DNA of 64,000 nt from Longimicrobiales bacterium (lineage in GTDB: Bacteria > Gemmatimonadota > Gemmatimonadetes > Longimicrobiales > Gaopeijiaceae): assembly GCA_965249725.1 (NCBI GenBank), contig CBDFMQ010000002.1, positions 1,184,001 through 1,248,000 on the forward strand. Reading direction: 5' to 3'. This document shows positions 9,796-20,975 of this stretch, piece by piece. The notes under the pieces are model-generated. The model searched no databases and had not been told where the DNA came from. It saw only the letters and a program-made list of their open reading frames with translations. Both the position numbers and the translations under genes were made by a program. Each line of letters begins with the position of its first letter. The stretch's first letter is position 1.

Positions 9796-11211
9796 GTGCG
9801 TAGGCTGATCGGAACGGCGTTGGTACTCGGCTTCGCCCTCACCTGGCGTCCCGAAGCGGTATCTGGACAGTATTCCTGGAGCAGCTTCTCCTTCTCCTTG
9901 GGGGTCGGCTTTGGAGTGGGGCTGTCCTACACGACCGTGGATCCATGGTACCAGCCTGCCTATGACGATCTCTGCTGGTCGTACACCTACTACGACTCGT
10001 ACTCGTACCCCTGCCGTCGCAGCTACTATGACGCGGGCTACTCCGACTACGGCTACGGCTATCACGACCACTATCACAGCCGCCGCTACATCAGTCTCTC
10101 ATATGGCTACATGCCTTGGCGCTTCTCCTATCCGGCCTATTGGGGCTACGGGTGGGGCGTCCCCTACTGGGGCGGCAGCACACGGTTGGCCTTCGGCAGC
10201 CTCTACGACTACAACTGGTTCGGCTACCGGAATCACCGGGGTGGGGTGAGCAGCGCGTATACCTACGGCGACTACGCCTACTACAACTATCGGGCACCGA
10301 ACACTTACGTGCCGCCTCGTTCGACCCAAGCAACCGGACGGTATGCCAGAGGAGGGGCCGTCAACGGTCTCGGCTACAAAGAGTCGCCACGGTCCACCTC
10401 TGCCACACGTGTGGCGACCAATCGTGGAGGAACCTCGAGTGCCGCCGCCGCCAACAGCGCCGCGCGGAGTGATGTCTCAGCGACCGTCGCCCGCTCCGCC
10501 CAGCGGAACGCCGCAGGTGGTCGAGCGGTCGCGCCCCGGACGCGTGCTTCCGCGGACCGAGCCGCCCCCAGCAGCGGGGCGAGGGCCGTACGGCCGACCG
10601 TGACGAGAGCTCGTCCTACGGACGCCGTGCGGGGTCGGACTGACGTACGCTCCGGAGTGGCCCGAACGCGAGCACCGGCAGCCCGCTCAGCGCCCTCGAG
10701 GAGCGCGACTCCTTCAGCGAGAACCGCACCGTCTACCCGTCGGTCCAACGCCGATCGGCCGTCGCCGAGCACGCGCTCGAACCTACGGCTCCGGGACCCG
10801 AGTTCCGCACGCGCGGCGCCTTCGAGGTCGAGCACGCGTTCGACGAGGCCCGATAGGGCTCGTCCGGTGCCCCGGGCGGCCCCGAGCCGTACCAGGAGTG
10901 CACCGTCCAGGTCCACCCGGAGGGCACCGTCGAAGCCTACACCGAGTCGGAGTTCGGCCAGGAGCGCCAGGCCACCTCGGACCTCTACTCGCGCGGCAAG
11001 GCCGAGCGTGAGTCCGCGCCGGAGTGCCGGCCGCGGAGCATCGGCCCGTAGCGCTCCTCGTTCATCGACGCGTAGCGCACCCCGGTCATCGGCCCGTAGC
11101 GGCCGTGGATCAGCCTCGATGCGTAGCGCACCCCGTTCGTCGGGTCGCAGCGCTCCCTCCCGGAGCCGCTCGGGTGGTTCCCGCTCAGGCGTGCGCCCCA
11201 GGGGGGGCTGA
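9796..11211 (+). CDS. Secreted low-complexity protein: Tyr/Gly-rich N-half, Arg/Ser/Ala/Pro-rich C-tail
   Basis: Strong RBS AAGGAGG, signal-peptide-like start, 471 aa ORF filling the gap between the PLP enzyme and hutI. Confidence 0.75.
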   Translation: MRRLIGTALVLGFALTWRPEAVSGQYSWSSFSFSLGVGFGVGLSYTTVDPWYQPAYDDLCWSYTYYDSYSYPCRRSYYDAGYSDYGYGYHDHYHSRRYISLSYGYMPWRFSYPAYWGYGWGVPYWGGSTRLAFGSLYDYNWFGYRNHRGGVSSAYTYGDYAYYNYRAPNTYVPPRSTQATGRYARGGAVNGLGYKESPRSTSATRVATNRGGTSSAAAANSAARSDVSATVARSAQRNAAGGRAVAPRTRASADRAAPSSGARAVRPTVTRARPTDAVRGRTDVRSGVARTRAPAARSAPSRSATPSARTAPSTRRSNADRPSPSTRSNLRLRDPSSARAAPSRSSTRSTRPDRARPVPRAAPSRTRSAPSRSTRRAPSKPTPSRSSARSARPPRTSTRAARPSVSPRRSAGRGASARSAPRSSTRSAPRSSARSGRGSASMRSAPRSSGRSAPSRSRSGGSRSGVRPRGG

Positions 11212-11220
11212 CCGGAGCAG

Positions 11221-12447
11221 TTACGCTCCTACCACGACGCCGTCTTGGACCACTGATCGGCACGGGTTGACGCCGATCCAGTAGGCCAGTTCGCGTGGGT
11301 GATTCACGTCCCATAGGGCCAGATCGGCCCGTTTCCCCGACTCGAGCGTACCCACTTCGGTCCCCAGACCCAGGGCCAGCGCGGCGTTCCTCGTCACCCC
11401 TGCGAGCGCCTCTTCCGGAGTCAGACGGAAGAGTGTGCAGCCCATGTTCAGGATCGTAAGGAGCGAGAGGATCGGTGACGAGCCCGGGTTGGCGTCGGTC
11501 GCCAGGGCCATGGGTACGCCGGCGTTCCTGAACGCATCTACCGGAGGCCTATGCGTTTCGCTCAGGTAGTAGAACGCTCCGGGAAGCAGGACTGCGACGG
11601 TCCCCGCGGCCGCCATCGCGCTCACCCCGTCTTCGGACGTGTACTCGAGGTGGTCGGCGGAGAGGGCCGAGAAGCTGGCGGCGAGCGCGGCACCTCCCGT
11701 ATCCGAAAGCTGATCCGCGTGCAGCCGGACGGGCAGGCCCATGCTCGTTGCGGCATGAAAGAACGTCGTGCACTCCTCAGGTGTGAAGGCGATGCCTTCG
11801 CAGAAGGCATCGACAGCGTCGACCAGCCCCTCCTCTACCGCCGCCGGAAGAAGCTCGTCCACGACCATCGAAACAAACTCGCCTCGTCGGCCGTCGAACT
11901 CGGGCGGAAGCGCATGGAGAGCGAGCAGCGTGGTCCGCACGGTCACGGGAAGGCTCTCGCCCAGGCTCCGCGCGGCCCGCAGCATCGTCAACTCGGTGGT
12001 CACGTCCATGCCGTACCCGGACTTGATCTCCAGGGTGGTGACGCCCTGCCGCAGGAGTCGGCCGACGCGTCCTGCCGCGGCAAACTCCAGTTCGCCAGGA
12101 GAGGCCTCCCGCGTGTCACGTACGGTGGACCGGATCCCTCCACCCGCCTGAGCGATCTCGGCGTACGTAGCACCCTGCAGGCGCGCCTCGAACTCATCCG
12201 CCCTGTCCCCTCCGAACACCAGGTGTGTGTGGCAATCGATGAGACCTGGAGTAATCCAGGCACCGCCGACGTCGTGCACCTGTGTGTCCGGGCCGATATC
12301 GCCATCTGGGACGTCCGACCTGGACCCCACCCAGTCGAGCCGTCCTCCGGTGACGGCCACGGCACCGTCGGCTACCTCTCCAAAAGCGGCTCCCCCACCT
12401 TGCATGGTGGCGAGGTGGGCATTGAGCCAAACGCTGTCGAAAGCCAA
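11221..12447 (-). CDS. hutI: Imidazolonepropionase
   Basis: [44 protein letters not shown]. Confidence 0.95.
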   Translation of the reverse strand: MAFDSVWLNAHLATMQGGGAAFGEVADGAVAVTGGRLDWVGSRSDVPDGDIGPDTQVHDVGGAWITPGLIDCHTHLVFGGDRADEFEARLQGATYAEIAQAGGGIRSTVRDTREASPGELEFAAAGRVGRLLRQGVTTLEIKSGYGMDVTTELTMLRAARSLGESLPVTVRTTLLALHALPPEFDGRRGEFVSMVVDELLPAAVEEGLVDAVDAFCEGIAFTPEECTTFFHAATSMGLPVRLHADQLSDTGGAALAASFSALSADHLEYTSEDGVSAMAAAGTVAVLLPGAFYYLSETHRPPVDAFRNAGVPMALATDANPGSSPILSLLTILNMGCTLFRLTPEEALAGVTRNAALALGLGTEVGTLESGKRADLALWDVNHPRELAYWIGVNPCRSVVQDGVVVGA

Positions 12448-12502
12448 AGGGAGTCCTATTCCGTTGGTGTTTCCGGTCGGGCGTGGATTCTCTCGGAGGC
12501 GG

Positions 12503-14344
12503 TCAACCCTCGAGTGCCGCCTCTACGTACCCTTCCACCTCTCGCACCGCCTCGTCGGCACCCTGAAGGAGTCCATCCAGCTTTCCCCGAACCTCCTGGT
12601 CGAACACTTCATCTGAGATGTTCGGGAGGTTGATGCGCACGTTGTAGATGGCCGACTTGAGGCCCGCATGAGCCATGAGCGCTCCGGAACCGACGTCGCT
12701 GATCATCTCTGGCGTGGCCATGGCGGCCATCTCCTTGCAGAGGGTCATCGCTTCCAAGCAACCCTCTGCGGTCCCGAGGGGAACGAGCGTCGCCGTCTTG
12801 TATCCCTCTTGAATCGCCTCTGAACGAGCGACCCGCTCCTCTTCGGTATCTCTCGGCATACGCATGCCCGTGAGGACAGAATCGAACGCCTGCGTGTCCT
12901 CGTCCACCATGCGCACGAGTCGGTCCTTCACCGCCTGCGCCCGCTCTGCGATCGAGCAGAGCTGCTCGTAGCGATCGTCGAATTCGCCCTTCCCGACGGA
13001 CAGGTTCACCACCATGGACGCCAAGGCCCCACCGAGGGCTCCTGCCAACGCGGCTACCGATCCACCACCCGGCGCGGGCGTCTCCCGGGAGACCTCGTCG
13101 ATGAAGTCGTAGGTGGGCCGTAGCACCAACGGTCCCTCGACGGTGGGCATCGCAAGCACCTTCTCCCGCACGTCGAACTGCGCGACATCCCTTAGCCCCA
13201 TGGACTGGATCGCCGTCTCCAGAAGGTCGGGTACCGGGATTCCCGTCGACTTCATGGCCCGGCGCCGATAGAAGACACCGGCCTGCCTCAAGGCCTCGAA
13301 GGGGATGAGGCCCACCAGTTCCGAGCCGGTAATGACGACGCCCCGCTTGCGAGCCTCTTCCCGAGCGGCCTCGAGAACCTCATGGGGCGGACTGACATTG
13401 AAGTTCGTGAAGTTGATGCTGATTTGTGCTCGGTCGTACTCGTCGATCACCCATCCGATCGCCTTCACATCGGTGAAAAGACCATCGTCGAAAACGGGTC
13501 CGGTCGGAGCCTCCGGATCGACGTCGAGGGCCTGATACCGCGCCCGAAGATCACCTCCGTGCACTTCCTTATAGTGCTTCTCAAGCCCCTCGAAGGTCTC
13601 GCCCACGAAGTCGCACGGCCCGCACGGATAGGTGCCGTCCTCGGCGAAGCGAACAACCTCACCTTTGTAGTAGAAGGGTTCGGTGTTGCCCACCCGCTTC
13701 CAACGCCCCCTCTCCCGGATTGCATATGCGATGTCGTTGGCATAGCGCCGGTCGGTGGAGTTGAGGTTGATGTTGTACGCGATCAAGAACTCCCGGGCAC
13801 CCACACAGGTGGCCCCGGCGCTCGGATTCAGATCCTGCGGCCCGAAATCCGGGTGCCAGTCGGGATCCTTGAGCTTCTCGGCCATCCCTTCGTACTCGCC
13901 GGCTCGCACCTGGGCCAGGTTCCGCCGTTCGGGGCGGCTCGCCGCGTGTTCGTAAAGGAAGATCGGAATGTCCAGCTCGGCCCCGATCCGCTCTCCGACT
14001 CGTTGGGCCATGGCCACACATTCGTCCATGGTCACACCGGACACCGGCACGAAGGGGACGACGTCTGTGGCACCCATCCGGGGATGCTCACCCTGATGCT
14101 CCCGCATGTCGATGAGTTGGGCCGCGCGGGCGACGCACTGAAAGGCGGCCTCCTCCACCGCTTCGGGAGGGCCGACGAACGTGACCACCGTCCTGTTCGT
14201 ATTGGCCCCCGGATCGACGTCGAGAAGGCGTACGCCCGCTACCGCTTCAGCGGCGTTGGTGATTTCCTTCAGGACAGCGGGATTTCGCCCCTCGGAGAAG
14301 TTGGGAACACACTCGACGATCCGTTGAGACATCTGTTGAGACAT
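12503..14344 (-). CDS. ftcd: Bifunctional glutamate formimidoyltransferase / formimidoyl-THF cyclodeaminase
   Basis: [30 protein letters not shown]-terminal cyclodeaminase [12 protein letters not shown] and NVRINL. Confidence 0.93.
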   Translation of the reverse strand: MSQQMSQRIVECVPNFSEGRNPAVLKEITNAAEAVAGVRLLDVDPGANTNRTVVTFVGPPEAVEEAAFQCVARAAQLIDMREHQGEHPRMGATDVVPFVPVSGVTMDECVAMAQRVGERIGAELDIPIFLYEHAASRPERRNLAQVRAGEYEGMAEKLKDPDWHPDFGPQDLNPSAGATCVGAREFLIAYNINLNSTDRRYANDIAYAIRERGRWKRVGNTEPFYYKGEVVRFAEDGTYPCGPCDFVGETFEGLEKHYKEVHGGDLRARYQALDVDPEAPTGPVFDDGLFTDVKAIGWVIDEYDRAQISINFTNFNVSPPHEVLEAAREEARKRGVVITGSELVGLIPFEALRQAGVFYRRRAMKSTGIPVPDLLETAIQSMGLRDVAQFDVREKVLAMPTVEGPLVLRPTYDFIDEVSRETPAPGGGSVAALAGALGGALASMVVNLSVGKGEFDDRYEQLCSIAERAQAVKDRLVRMVDEDTQAFDSVLTGMRMPRDTEEERVARSEAIQEGYKTATLVPLGTAEGCLEAMTLCKEMAAMATPEMISDVGSGALMAHAGLKSAIYNVRINLPNISDEVFDQEVRGKLDGLLQGADEAVREVEGYVEAALEG

Positions 14345-14350
14345 CTAGGG

Positions 14351-16036
14351 TCAGCCCTCACGCATTGGAAGACGAAGTCCTTCTCGGTCGGCGGTTTCGA
14401 CCGCCTTCTCGTATCCCGCGTCGGCATGTCGTACCACACCGATCCCGGGATCGTTGGTCAGCACGCGGCGAATGCGCTCGGACATCTGGGGTGAGCCGTC
14501 GGCTACGAGGACCTGGCCCGCATGAAGCGAATTGCCGATGCCCACTCCCCCCCCGTGATGGAACGACACCCAGCTCGCACCCGACGCCGTGTTCAGCAGG
14601 GCGTTCAGTATAGGCCAATCGGCGACCGCATCGCTGCCATCGAGCATGGCCTCGGTCTCGCGATAGGGAGAGGCCACCGATCCCGTATCCAGATGGTCGC
14701 GCCCGATCACGATGGGTGCCGAGATCTCACCGCTGCCGACAAGCTCGTTCATCGCCACGCCGAATCGAGCCCGCTCACCCTGCCCAAGCCAACAGATCCT
14801 GGCCGGCAATCCCTGGAAGTGGACCTTCTCACGCGCCATACCGATCCAGCGTATCAGATGCTCGTCATCGGGGAACATCTCGAGAACCAAATCGTCGGTC
14901 CGGTGAATGTCGGCGGGATCTCCGGAGAGTGCGACCCACCGGAACGGTCCCTTACCCTCACAGAACAGGGGCCGGACGTACGCCGGCACGAAGCCCGGAA
15001 AGGCGAAAGCGTCTGCGAAACCAGCGTCCAGAGCCTGGGTCCGAAGGTTGTTGCCGTAGTCCGTCGTGTGGGCACCCGCCCGCATGAGTGCCACCATTGC
15101 CTCACAGTGGACACGCATCGACTCCATGGACCGGCGTACGTAGTCGTCCGGATCGGCCGTACGTAGCGCCTCGGCCTCGGCCAACGAGAGGCCTGCCGGG
15201 ACATAGCCGTTCAGCGGGTCGTGGGCGGACGTCTGATCAGTGAGCAGATCGGGTACGATGCCGCGTGCCGCGATCTCGGGGATCACCTCCGCGCAGTTGC
15301 CCACCAGACCGACGCTGAGGGCCTCACCCCGGTCGGCAGCACCACGGGTCCATTCGAGCGCCTCGTCGAGATCATCGGTCATCCGGTCGCAGTATCCCGT
15401 GTCGAGTCGGCGCTGAATTCGGGTGGGATCCACCTCGACGACCAGGATCGCGCCGCCGTTCATCGTCGCGGCAAGCGGCTGCGCGCCACCCATTCCCCCC
15501 ATCCCTCCGGTGAGCACCCAGCGACCCTTCAGGCTCGAGCCGAAGTGCTGTTGTGCCATGGCCCCGAAGGTCTCGTACGTCCCCTGCAGAATGCCCTGGC
15601 TTCCGATGTAGATCCACGAGCCGGCCGTCATCTGGCCGTACATCATGAGGCCTTTCTGCTCGAGCTCGTTGAAGTGGTCCCAGTTGGCCCAACGACCCAC
15701 GAGGTTGGAGTTGGCGAGGAGCACTCGGGGGGCATCGGTATGGGTGGTGAAGACGCCGACCGGCTTGCCGGACTGAACGAGCAGGGTCTCGTCGTCCTCC
15801 AGCTCCCTAAGGGTCGCCACGATTCGATCGAACGCTTCCCAACTCCGGGCGGCCCGACCGGTTCCACCGTAGACGACCAGATCCTCGGGGCGTTCGGCAA
15901 CGTCCGGATCGAGGTTGTTCATCAGCATCCGGAGTGCCGCTTCCTGCGTCCATCCCTTGCAGGAAAGATCATTGCCGCGAGGGGCGCGGATGGTCCGCGC
16001 TCCGACGGTAGTGCTCAAAGCTGAATCCTCCCTCAC
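14351..16036 (-). CDS. hutU: Urocanate hydratase
   Basis: [53 protein letters not shown]. Start may be TTG 16018 (GGAGG upstream). Confidence 0.97.
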   Translation of the reverse strand: MREDSALSTTVGARTIRAPRGNDLSCKGWTQEAALRMLMNNLDPDVAERPEDLVVYGGTGRAARSWEAFDRIVATLRELEDDETLLVQSGKPVGVFTTHTDAPRVLLANSNLVGRWANWDHFNELEQKGLMMYGQMTAGSWIYIGSQGILQGTYETFGAMAQQHFGSSLKGRWVLTGGMGGMGGAQPLAATMNGGAILVVEVDPTRIQRRLDTGYCDRMTDDLDEALEWTRGAADRGEALSVGLVGNCAEVIPEIAARGIVPDLLTDQTSAHDPLNGYVPAGLSLAEAEALRTADPDDYVRRSMESMRVHCEAMVALMRAGAHTTDYGNNLRTQALDAGFADAFAFPGFVPAYVRPLFCEGKGPFRWVALSGDPADIHRTDDLVLEMFPDDEHLIRWIGMAREKVHFQGLPARICWLGQGERARFGVAMNELVGSGEISAPIVIGRDHLDTGSVASPYRETEAMLDGSDAVADWPILNALLNTASGASWVSFHHGGGVGIGNSLHAGQVLVADGSPQMSERIRRVLTNDPGIGVVRHADAGYEKAVETADREGLRLPMREG

Positions 16037-17538
16037 TCGCCCAGAGCGGCGAGTGCTCCTGTCCGTATCAGATCTCGCACGGCCGTGAAGTCGCCCGAGA
16101 GGCTGCGGTCGCCCTCTAGGCGGTCGACGTGCTCGCGAATCAACGAGTGGGCCTCCTCTACCCCGTCGCCGGCCTTGAGTGGCCGGTGGTATTCGACGGC
16201 CTCGGCCGCCGCCGTCAGCTCGATGGCGAGGACGTACTCGAAACAGTCCGCGACCCGTCGCGCCTTGCGTGCGGCGGTCAGGCCCATGGAAACATGGTCT
16301 TCCTGGTTGGCGCTCGTGGGCACCGAATCGACGCTCGCAGGATGGCAGAGCACCCGCATCTCGGCGAGCAGATCAACCGCCGTGACCTGAGCGATCATTA
16401 AGCCGGACTCGAGCCCGGGCTGCCGCGCCAAGAACGCGGGCAAGCCGGAAAGATCGGGATTGAGCAGACGTTCGATGCGCCGCTCGCTGATCGCCGCCAG
16501 GTCCGTGACGGCCATGCAGAGCAGATCGAGCGCCTGGGAGACGACCTGTGCATGGAAGTTGCCTGCGCTCACCACGGCTCGGGTTTCCGGAAAGACGAGC
16601 GGGTTGTCCGTCGTGCTATTGGCCTCCGTGGTCAGCACCTGCCGGACGTAGCCGAGCGCGTCCCGAGCCGCCCCGTGTACCTGCGGCATGCATCGCAAAC
16701 AGTATGCGTCCTGGACCCTCGGGTCCCCATGCCGGTGCGACTCCCGAATTTCGGAGTTGGCCAAGAGCCCCCGAAGCCGACGGGCCGACTCGATCTGACC
16801 GGGATGGGGCCGGGCTTCCTGTACCTCCGCAAGGAACGCGTCGGGCGTGCCCTCGAGTGCCTCCAGGCTCAAACAGCCCGCCGTCTCGGCGGTGTCGAGC
16901 GCCCGCTGCGCCGAGAGCAGGGCGAGGATCCCGAGACCCGTGGTGGCCTGGGTGCCGTTGATGAGGGCCAGCCCTTCCTTCTCTCGCAGCTCGAGGGCCT
17001 CCATTCCAAGCTCGGCGAATACCTCGGCCGCGTCTCGAAGCTGGCCTCCGTGCTCGACGCGACCCTCACCGATCAGCCCGAGGGCGATGTGCGCCAACGG
17101 AGAAAGATCCCCACTGGCGCCCACGGATCCGACTCGCGGCACGACGGGGTGTACCCCGTGATTCAGGAAGTCCAGCAAACGGTCGATCACCTCTTCGCGA
17201 CAACCCGAATTCCCGCGGGCGAGAGCGTTCGCCCGGAGGATCATGATCGCCCGCACCTCTTCGGTGGCCATCGGCGTATCCACGCCGGAAGCGTGACTGC
17301 GCACCAGGTTTCGTTGAAGGTCACCCTGCTGATCGGAAGAGATGACGACCTCCGCGAGGCGGCCGAATCCAGTGGTGACGCCGTAGATGCGCTCCCCACT
17401 CTTCAGGAGCTCCTCGATGAAGGCTCGAGCGCGCCGCACGCCGGGGCGAGCCGCCTCCGCCAGAGAGACAGGCACCCGGTCCACCGCGGCCAACTCGAGA
17501 GCCTCCAACGAAAGGTCGTGACCCGTGAGCTCGATCAT
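16033..17538 (-). CDS. hutH: Histidine ammonia-lyase
   Basis: [11 protein letters not shown]-forming [43 protein letters not shown]. Confidence 0.96.
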   Translation of the reverse strand: MIELTGHDLSLEALELAAVDRVPVSLAEAARPGVRRARAFIEELLKSGERIYGVTTGFGRLAEVVISSDQQGDLQRNLVRSHASGVDTPMATEEVRAIMILRANALARGNSGCREEVIDRLLDFLNHGVHPVVPRVGSVGASGDLSPLAHIALGLIGEGRVEHGGQLRDAAEVFAELGMEALELREKEGLALINGTQATTGLGILALLSAQRALDTAETAGCLSLEALEGTPDAFLAEVQEARPHPGQIESARRLRGLLANSEIRESHRHGDPRVQDAYCLRCMPQVHGAARDALGYVRQVLTTEANSTTDNPLVFPETRAVVSAGNFHAQVVSQALDLLCMAVTDLAAISERRIERLLNPDLSGLPAFLARQPGLESGLMIAQVTAVDLLAEMRVLCHPASVDSVPTSANQEDHVSMGLTAARKARRVADCFEYVLAIELTAAAEAVEYHRPLKAGDGVEEAHSLIREHVDRLEGDRSLSGDFTAVRDLIRTGALAALGE

Positions 17539-18137
17539 TCAGCGACCCTTCTTCGTCGTTCCTCGAATTCGACCTTGGTGAGCGTGAAGGGACCTCGACT
17601 CCAATCGGTCTCCAACTCCACGCCCAGACCGTCGGCCAGTCGGTTCACGTAGTTGTAGTAGCACGTCACCTGGCAGATATCGAGAATCGCCGCGTCTCCG
17701 AAGCCGACGTCGCGGAGTCGCTGGACGTCCCCCTCGTCTACTTGCCAGGGTGCCAGGGTCAGCTTCACCGCATAGTCGAGCATCGCCCGATCCGCGGCGC
17801 CGAGATCGGCCTCCCGATAATCGCGCGCAAGCGCCTTCGACAGTTCGGGGTCCTCGGTGAGCGTACGGAGTCCCGCCCCGTGATGGTTGATTCAATAGAA
17901 ACAGTCGTTCGCCGACGAAACGGTCACCGCGATCATCTCCCGCTGCACACGACTCAACGGAGATTGCCCTCGCATGAGGTGCGCGTAGAGGCGCACGTGG
18001 TGCTCCATGGAGGGAGGGTTCTGGGAGTGGATCCGGATGATGTTGTCGACGCGCATCTCCGATCCCCCGTATCGCTGATAGAGCTCGGCGAGGGGTCCCT
18101 CCGCGTCTTCGTACGGAACGTATGGGATGTGGGCCAA
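17535..18137 (-). CDS. AhpD-like / CMD-family peroxidase-related selenoprotein (Sec at in-frame TGA 17892-17894), 200 aa
   Basis: ORFs 17892..18137 and 17535..17783 are in the same frame, separated by one TGA. Read-through gives ...VSSANDCFY-U-INHHGAGLRTLTEDPELSKALARDYREADLGAADRAMLDYAVKLT..., with U at the second Cys position of the AhpD CxxC motif. Confidence 0.85.
17865..17894 (-). promoter_or_regulatory. Putative bacterial SECIS element
   Basis: mRNA UGA-AUCAACCAUC-ACGGGG-CGGGA-CUCCGU: 6-bp stem (one G-U) with a G-rich apical loop starting 16 nt after the UGA. Confidence 0.65.
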
Positions 18138-18320
18138 TACTCGGTAGCCTGCTCAAGAGGTCTGTTGAAGAAGGCCGCGGGTGGCGTCAGGTGCGCCAGA
18201 CGTCTGTTCGCACGTTGGAAGTGCGGAAACATGCCCTCGTCGTGGGGGTGGGGCAATGGCTTCTCCGAAGCGCCCATAAAGGGCAAACTCCTTTGCTCTT
18301 CGGCTGATCCGGGGTGCACA

Positions 18321-18389
18321 TTCCGGCGCCCCACGGCCAATAACCCGCTGAGCGATCGGTGGAAGAAGATCAACCGAAGTCGATCCCGG
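18321..18389 (+). mobile_element. Possible IS5-family transposase remnant
   Basis: Translates FRRPTANNPLSDRWKKINRSRSR, resembling the stretch before the 'RARxEH' motif of IS5 transposases; isolated in a ~700-bp intergenic gap. Confidence 0.35.
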
Positions 18390-18840
18390 TCTTCACCACC
18401 CGCGGCTCAGCTCGTGTCATGGCCCCCACCACCCCTCGTCCGCCGGAGACACAAGTAACGGGCAGTTGTGAAAAGTCCCGCCTGGGACTCCGGTCGTTAT
18501 ACAGGTGTCCCGTCTCTCAGCCGTCGCCATCACGGCGCTGTTCGTGCCGTCCTCCAAGATCCCCCTCACGCCTTGCCGCCCGGCGCGCCCCGTTCTACCG
18601 TGCGTTTCCAGGCGACAGAGCGCTTGAACCGCCTATCCCTCATTCCTTCTTGCAAACGACTCTGCTCATGCACGATTGGCGCGGGACTTGGGGCCCCACG
18701 GCGTCGGTCGTGCGAACATGCTCAGAGGCATGACTTGTTGTTAGGCGAAGACTCGGAACAGGAGGGGATCCGGCCTAAAGGCCAACGGGAAAGAAACCCG
18801 TTCCTCCTCACCTCTCTCGACGATCCTCGGGACATCCACC

Positions 18841-20601
18841 ATGAGCAGTGAAATCCGCTTTGGCACGTTTGTCCGCGTGGCAACCATTCGGCATGACATC
18901 ATTAGCTTCAATGATCTGGTCAGGACGTACCCCGCCGAGACTCGGGGCAGGATCAAGCTGCGCCCCCTCGATGCCTACCGCCTCCTCGCCCCGTATCTCT
19001 ACAACCGCGTGTTCGAGCAGGCCCGGGCCGTCATTCCGCTGGCGCTGTATCTGCTCCTATTCCAGGTGTTCATACTCCGGCAGGAAGTCGCAGGTGCGGC
19101 GATACTCACCGCCGGGCTGTTCGCCGTCATCGTCGGCCTCATGCTGTTCATGGAGGGACTCAAGGTCGGCTTGATGCCCTTTGGCGAGACAATAGGCCAT
19201 ACCCTACCTGTACATTCGCCCTTGCCAGTGGTGTTGCTGATCGTCTTTCTCCTGGGTATCGGAGTGACTTTCGCCGAACCCGCCATCGGCGCTCTGAAGG
19301 CCGCCGGGCAATTCGTCGACGTCGCTACCGCCCCATATCTGTACGCGCTGCTCAACCAATGGTCCGGGGTATTGGTGTTGGTTGTCGGCATCGGGGTCGG
19401 TCTCGCTGCCCTTATCGGAACGCTGAGGTTTCTGTACGGCTGGAGTCTCAAGACCTTGGTATACATCACCCTACTACCTCTGCTCGCTCTGACTCTCTAC
19501 GCGTCACAGGACCCCAATCTCGCACCCATACTGGGCCTGGCCTGGGACGCTGGAGCAGTGACCACCGGGCCGGTAACCGTGCCGCTGGTGCTGGCGCTCG
19601 GTGTCGGCATCGCGGGCGCCGCAGGCCGTGGTGACTCTTCACTTGCCGGCTTCGGAATAGTTACGCTCGCCTCGCTCTTCCCGGTAATCGCCGTCCAGGG
19701 ACTGGCGCTGTTCGTAACTTACCAGCAGTCCCCAGAAATGATTATCGAGGCCGCACGGACGCTTTCCCAGAGCACTTCAGGCAACCGGCTGACGCAGTCA
19801 CCCGGCGCTGAAATTGTCGCCGGAATCCGCTCCATCGTACCACTCGTCGTCTTCTTGCTGTTCGTGCTGATGGTTCTCTTGAAACACAAACTGCCGCGGC
19901 CATGGATCACCGCCTATGGCATCACCCTTTGTGTTCTTGGCATGGTCGTCTTCAATCTCGGCCTGACCTACGGGCTGTCGGTGCTGGGCTCGCAAGCCGG
20001 GAGCCTCGTACCCGCAGCCTTTTCGCCGCTGGAAAGCGTCGCCAGTTCACCACTGTATTCCGTGGCCGCCGGACTGGTTATCGCGGTCAGCTTCGCCTGG
20101 GTTCTGGGGTTCGGTGCGACCCTCGCCGAACCGGCGCTGAATGCACTTGGCCTGACCGTCGACAACCTGACCAACGGCTCCTTCCGCAAATCGACGTTGA
20201 TGTACGCCGTTTCTTTTGGCGTGGGCTGCGGTATCGCCCTCGGTGTATCCAGAATCATTTACGACTTGCCACTGGTATGGCTGGTCGTCCCAGGATACAC
20301 GATCGCCATCGTCTTGACGTGGCTTTCAACCGAAGAATTCGTCAATATCGCGTGGGACAGTGCTGGGGTGACAACCGGTCCAGTCACGGTGCCGCTCGTT
20401 CTGGCGATGGGGCTCGGCTTCGGCGAGGCCGTTGGAGCCGGGGACGGATTTGGCATCCTCGCGATGGCCTCCATTGGTCCCATACTGTCCGTGATGTGCA
20501 TAGGCCTGTGGATCAACTGGAAGATCGGGCGTAAACACGTCACAGACGAGCAACGAGGGCTCGCCGGTGGCCGAACGGAGAACCGGGGTATGGTCGCATG
20601 A
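18841..20601 (+). CDS. Tandem DUF1538 integral membrane protein
   Basis: Two copies of the signature pair (TF/TL)AEPA(I/L) and WD(A/S)(G/A)xVTTGPVTVPLVLA(L/M)G. Confidence 0.88.
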   Translation: MSSEIRFGTFVRVATIRHDIISFNDLVRTYPAETRGRIKLRPLDAYRLLAPYLYNRVFEQARAVIPLALYLLLFQVFILRQEVAGAAILTAGLFAVIVGLMLFMEGLKVGLMPFGETIGHTLPVHSPLPVVLLIVFLLGIGVTFAEPAIGALKAAGQFVDVATAPYLYALLNQWSGVLVLVVGIGVGLAALIGTLRFLYGWSLKTLVYITLLPLLALTLYASQDPNLAPILGLAWDAGAVTTGPVTVPLVLALGVGIAGAAGRGDSSLAGFGIVTLASLFPVIAVQGLALFVTYQQSPEMIIEAARTLSQSTSGNRLTQSPGAEIVAGIRSIVPLVVFLLFVLMVLLKHKLPRPWITAYGITLCVLGMVVFNLGLTYGLSVLGSQAGSLVPAAFSPLESVASSPLYSVAAGLVIAVSFAWVLGFGATLAEPALNALGLTVDNLTNGSFRKSTLMYAVSFGVGCGIALGVSRIIYDLPLVWLVVPGYTIAIVLTWLSTEEFVNIAWDSAGVTTGPVTVPLVLAMGLGFGEAVGAGDGFGILAMASIGPILSVMCIGLWINWKIGRKHVTDEQRGLAGGRTENRGMVA

Positions 20602-20975
20602 CACAACGGGGAATCACGGTACTGACCGAAGCATCGGTGATCACGTGCATCGTGCAGCGAGGGCTCGCAGACAAGATCGTGAAGGCCGCCCAGGATGCAG
20701 GCGCGCAGGGAGCGACTGTTAACTACGCCCAGGGCGTCGGTGTGCGTGAGCGGCTGGGCATCATGGGTCTGGCCATCGAAGTCGACAAGGAAGTCATCAC
20801 CATCATCGTCGCCAATGACCAGGCCGACCGGGTGTTTGAAGCCATGTACCTGGCAGGCAACCTCGATACGCCGGGCATGGGCATCATGACGCTCGCTGCG
20901 CTCGAGAAGATCGCCACCTACGTCCCCCTCGAACTGGTGGAACGGCTGGCGGAAAAGACTGACCCAGACACATGA
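20598..20975 (+). CDS. P-II-like signal transduction protein
   Basis: ITCIVQRG...AGAQGATVNYAQGVG...KEVI...PGMGIM; ATGA overlap with the DUF1538 gene. Confidence 0.85.
   Translation: MTQRGITVLTEASVITCIVQRGLADKIVKAAQDAGAQGATVNYAQGVGVRERLGIMGLAIEVDKEVITIIVANDQADRVFEAMYLAGNLDTPGMGIMTLAALEKIATYVPLELVERLAEKTDPDT

Noticed and set aside
14321..14344. 12-bp tandem duplication at the FTCD start (MSQQ/MSQR); a similar GGVH duplication occurs at the ybbA end (~4421-4448)
   Set aside because: Real but probably neutral slippage at protein termini.
14351..17538. Ergothionase / thiourocanate hydratase instead of HutH/HutU
   Set aside because: The lyase keeps the canonical ASG (MIO) and histidase motifs, and hutI plus FTCD complete the normal histidine route.
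17892..18137. Calling two separate small genes or a nonsense pseudogene
   Set aside because: The TGA sits exactly at the redox Cys position and is followed by a SECIS-like hairpin; Sec read-through explains it better.
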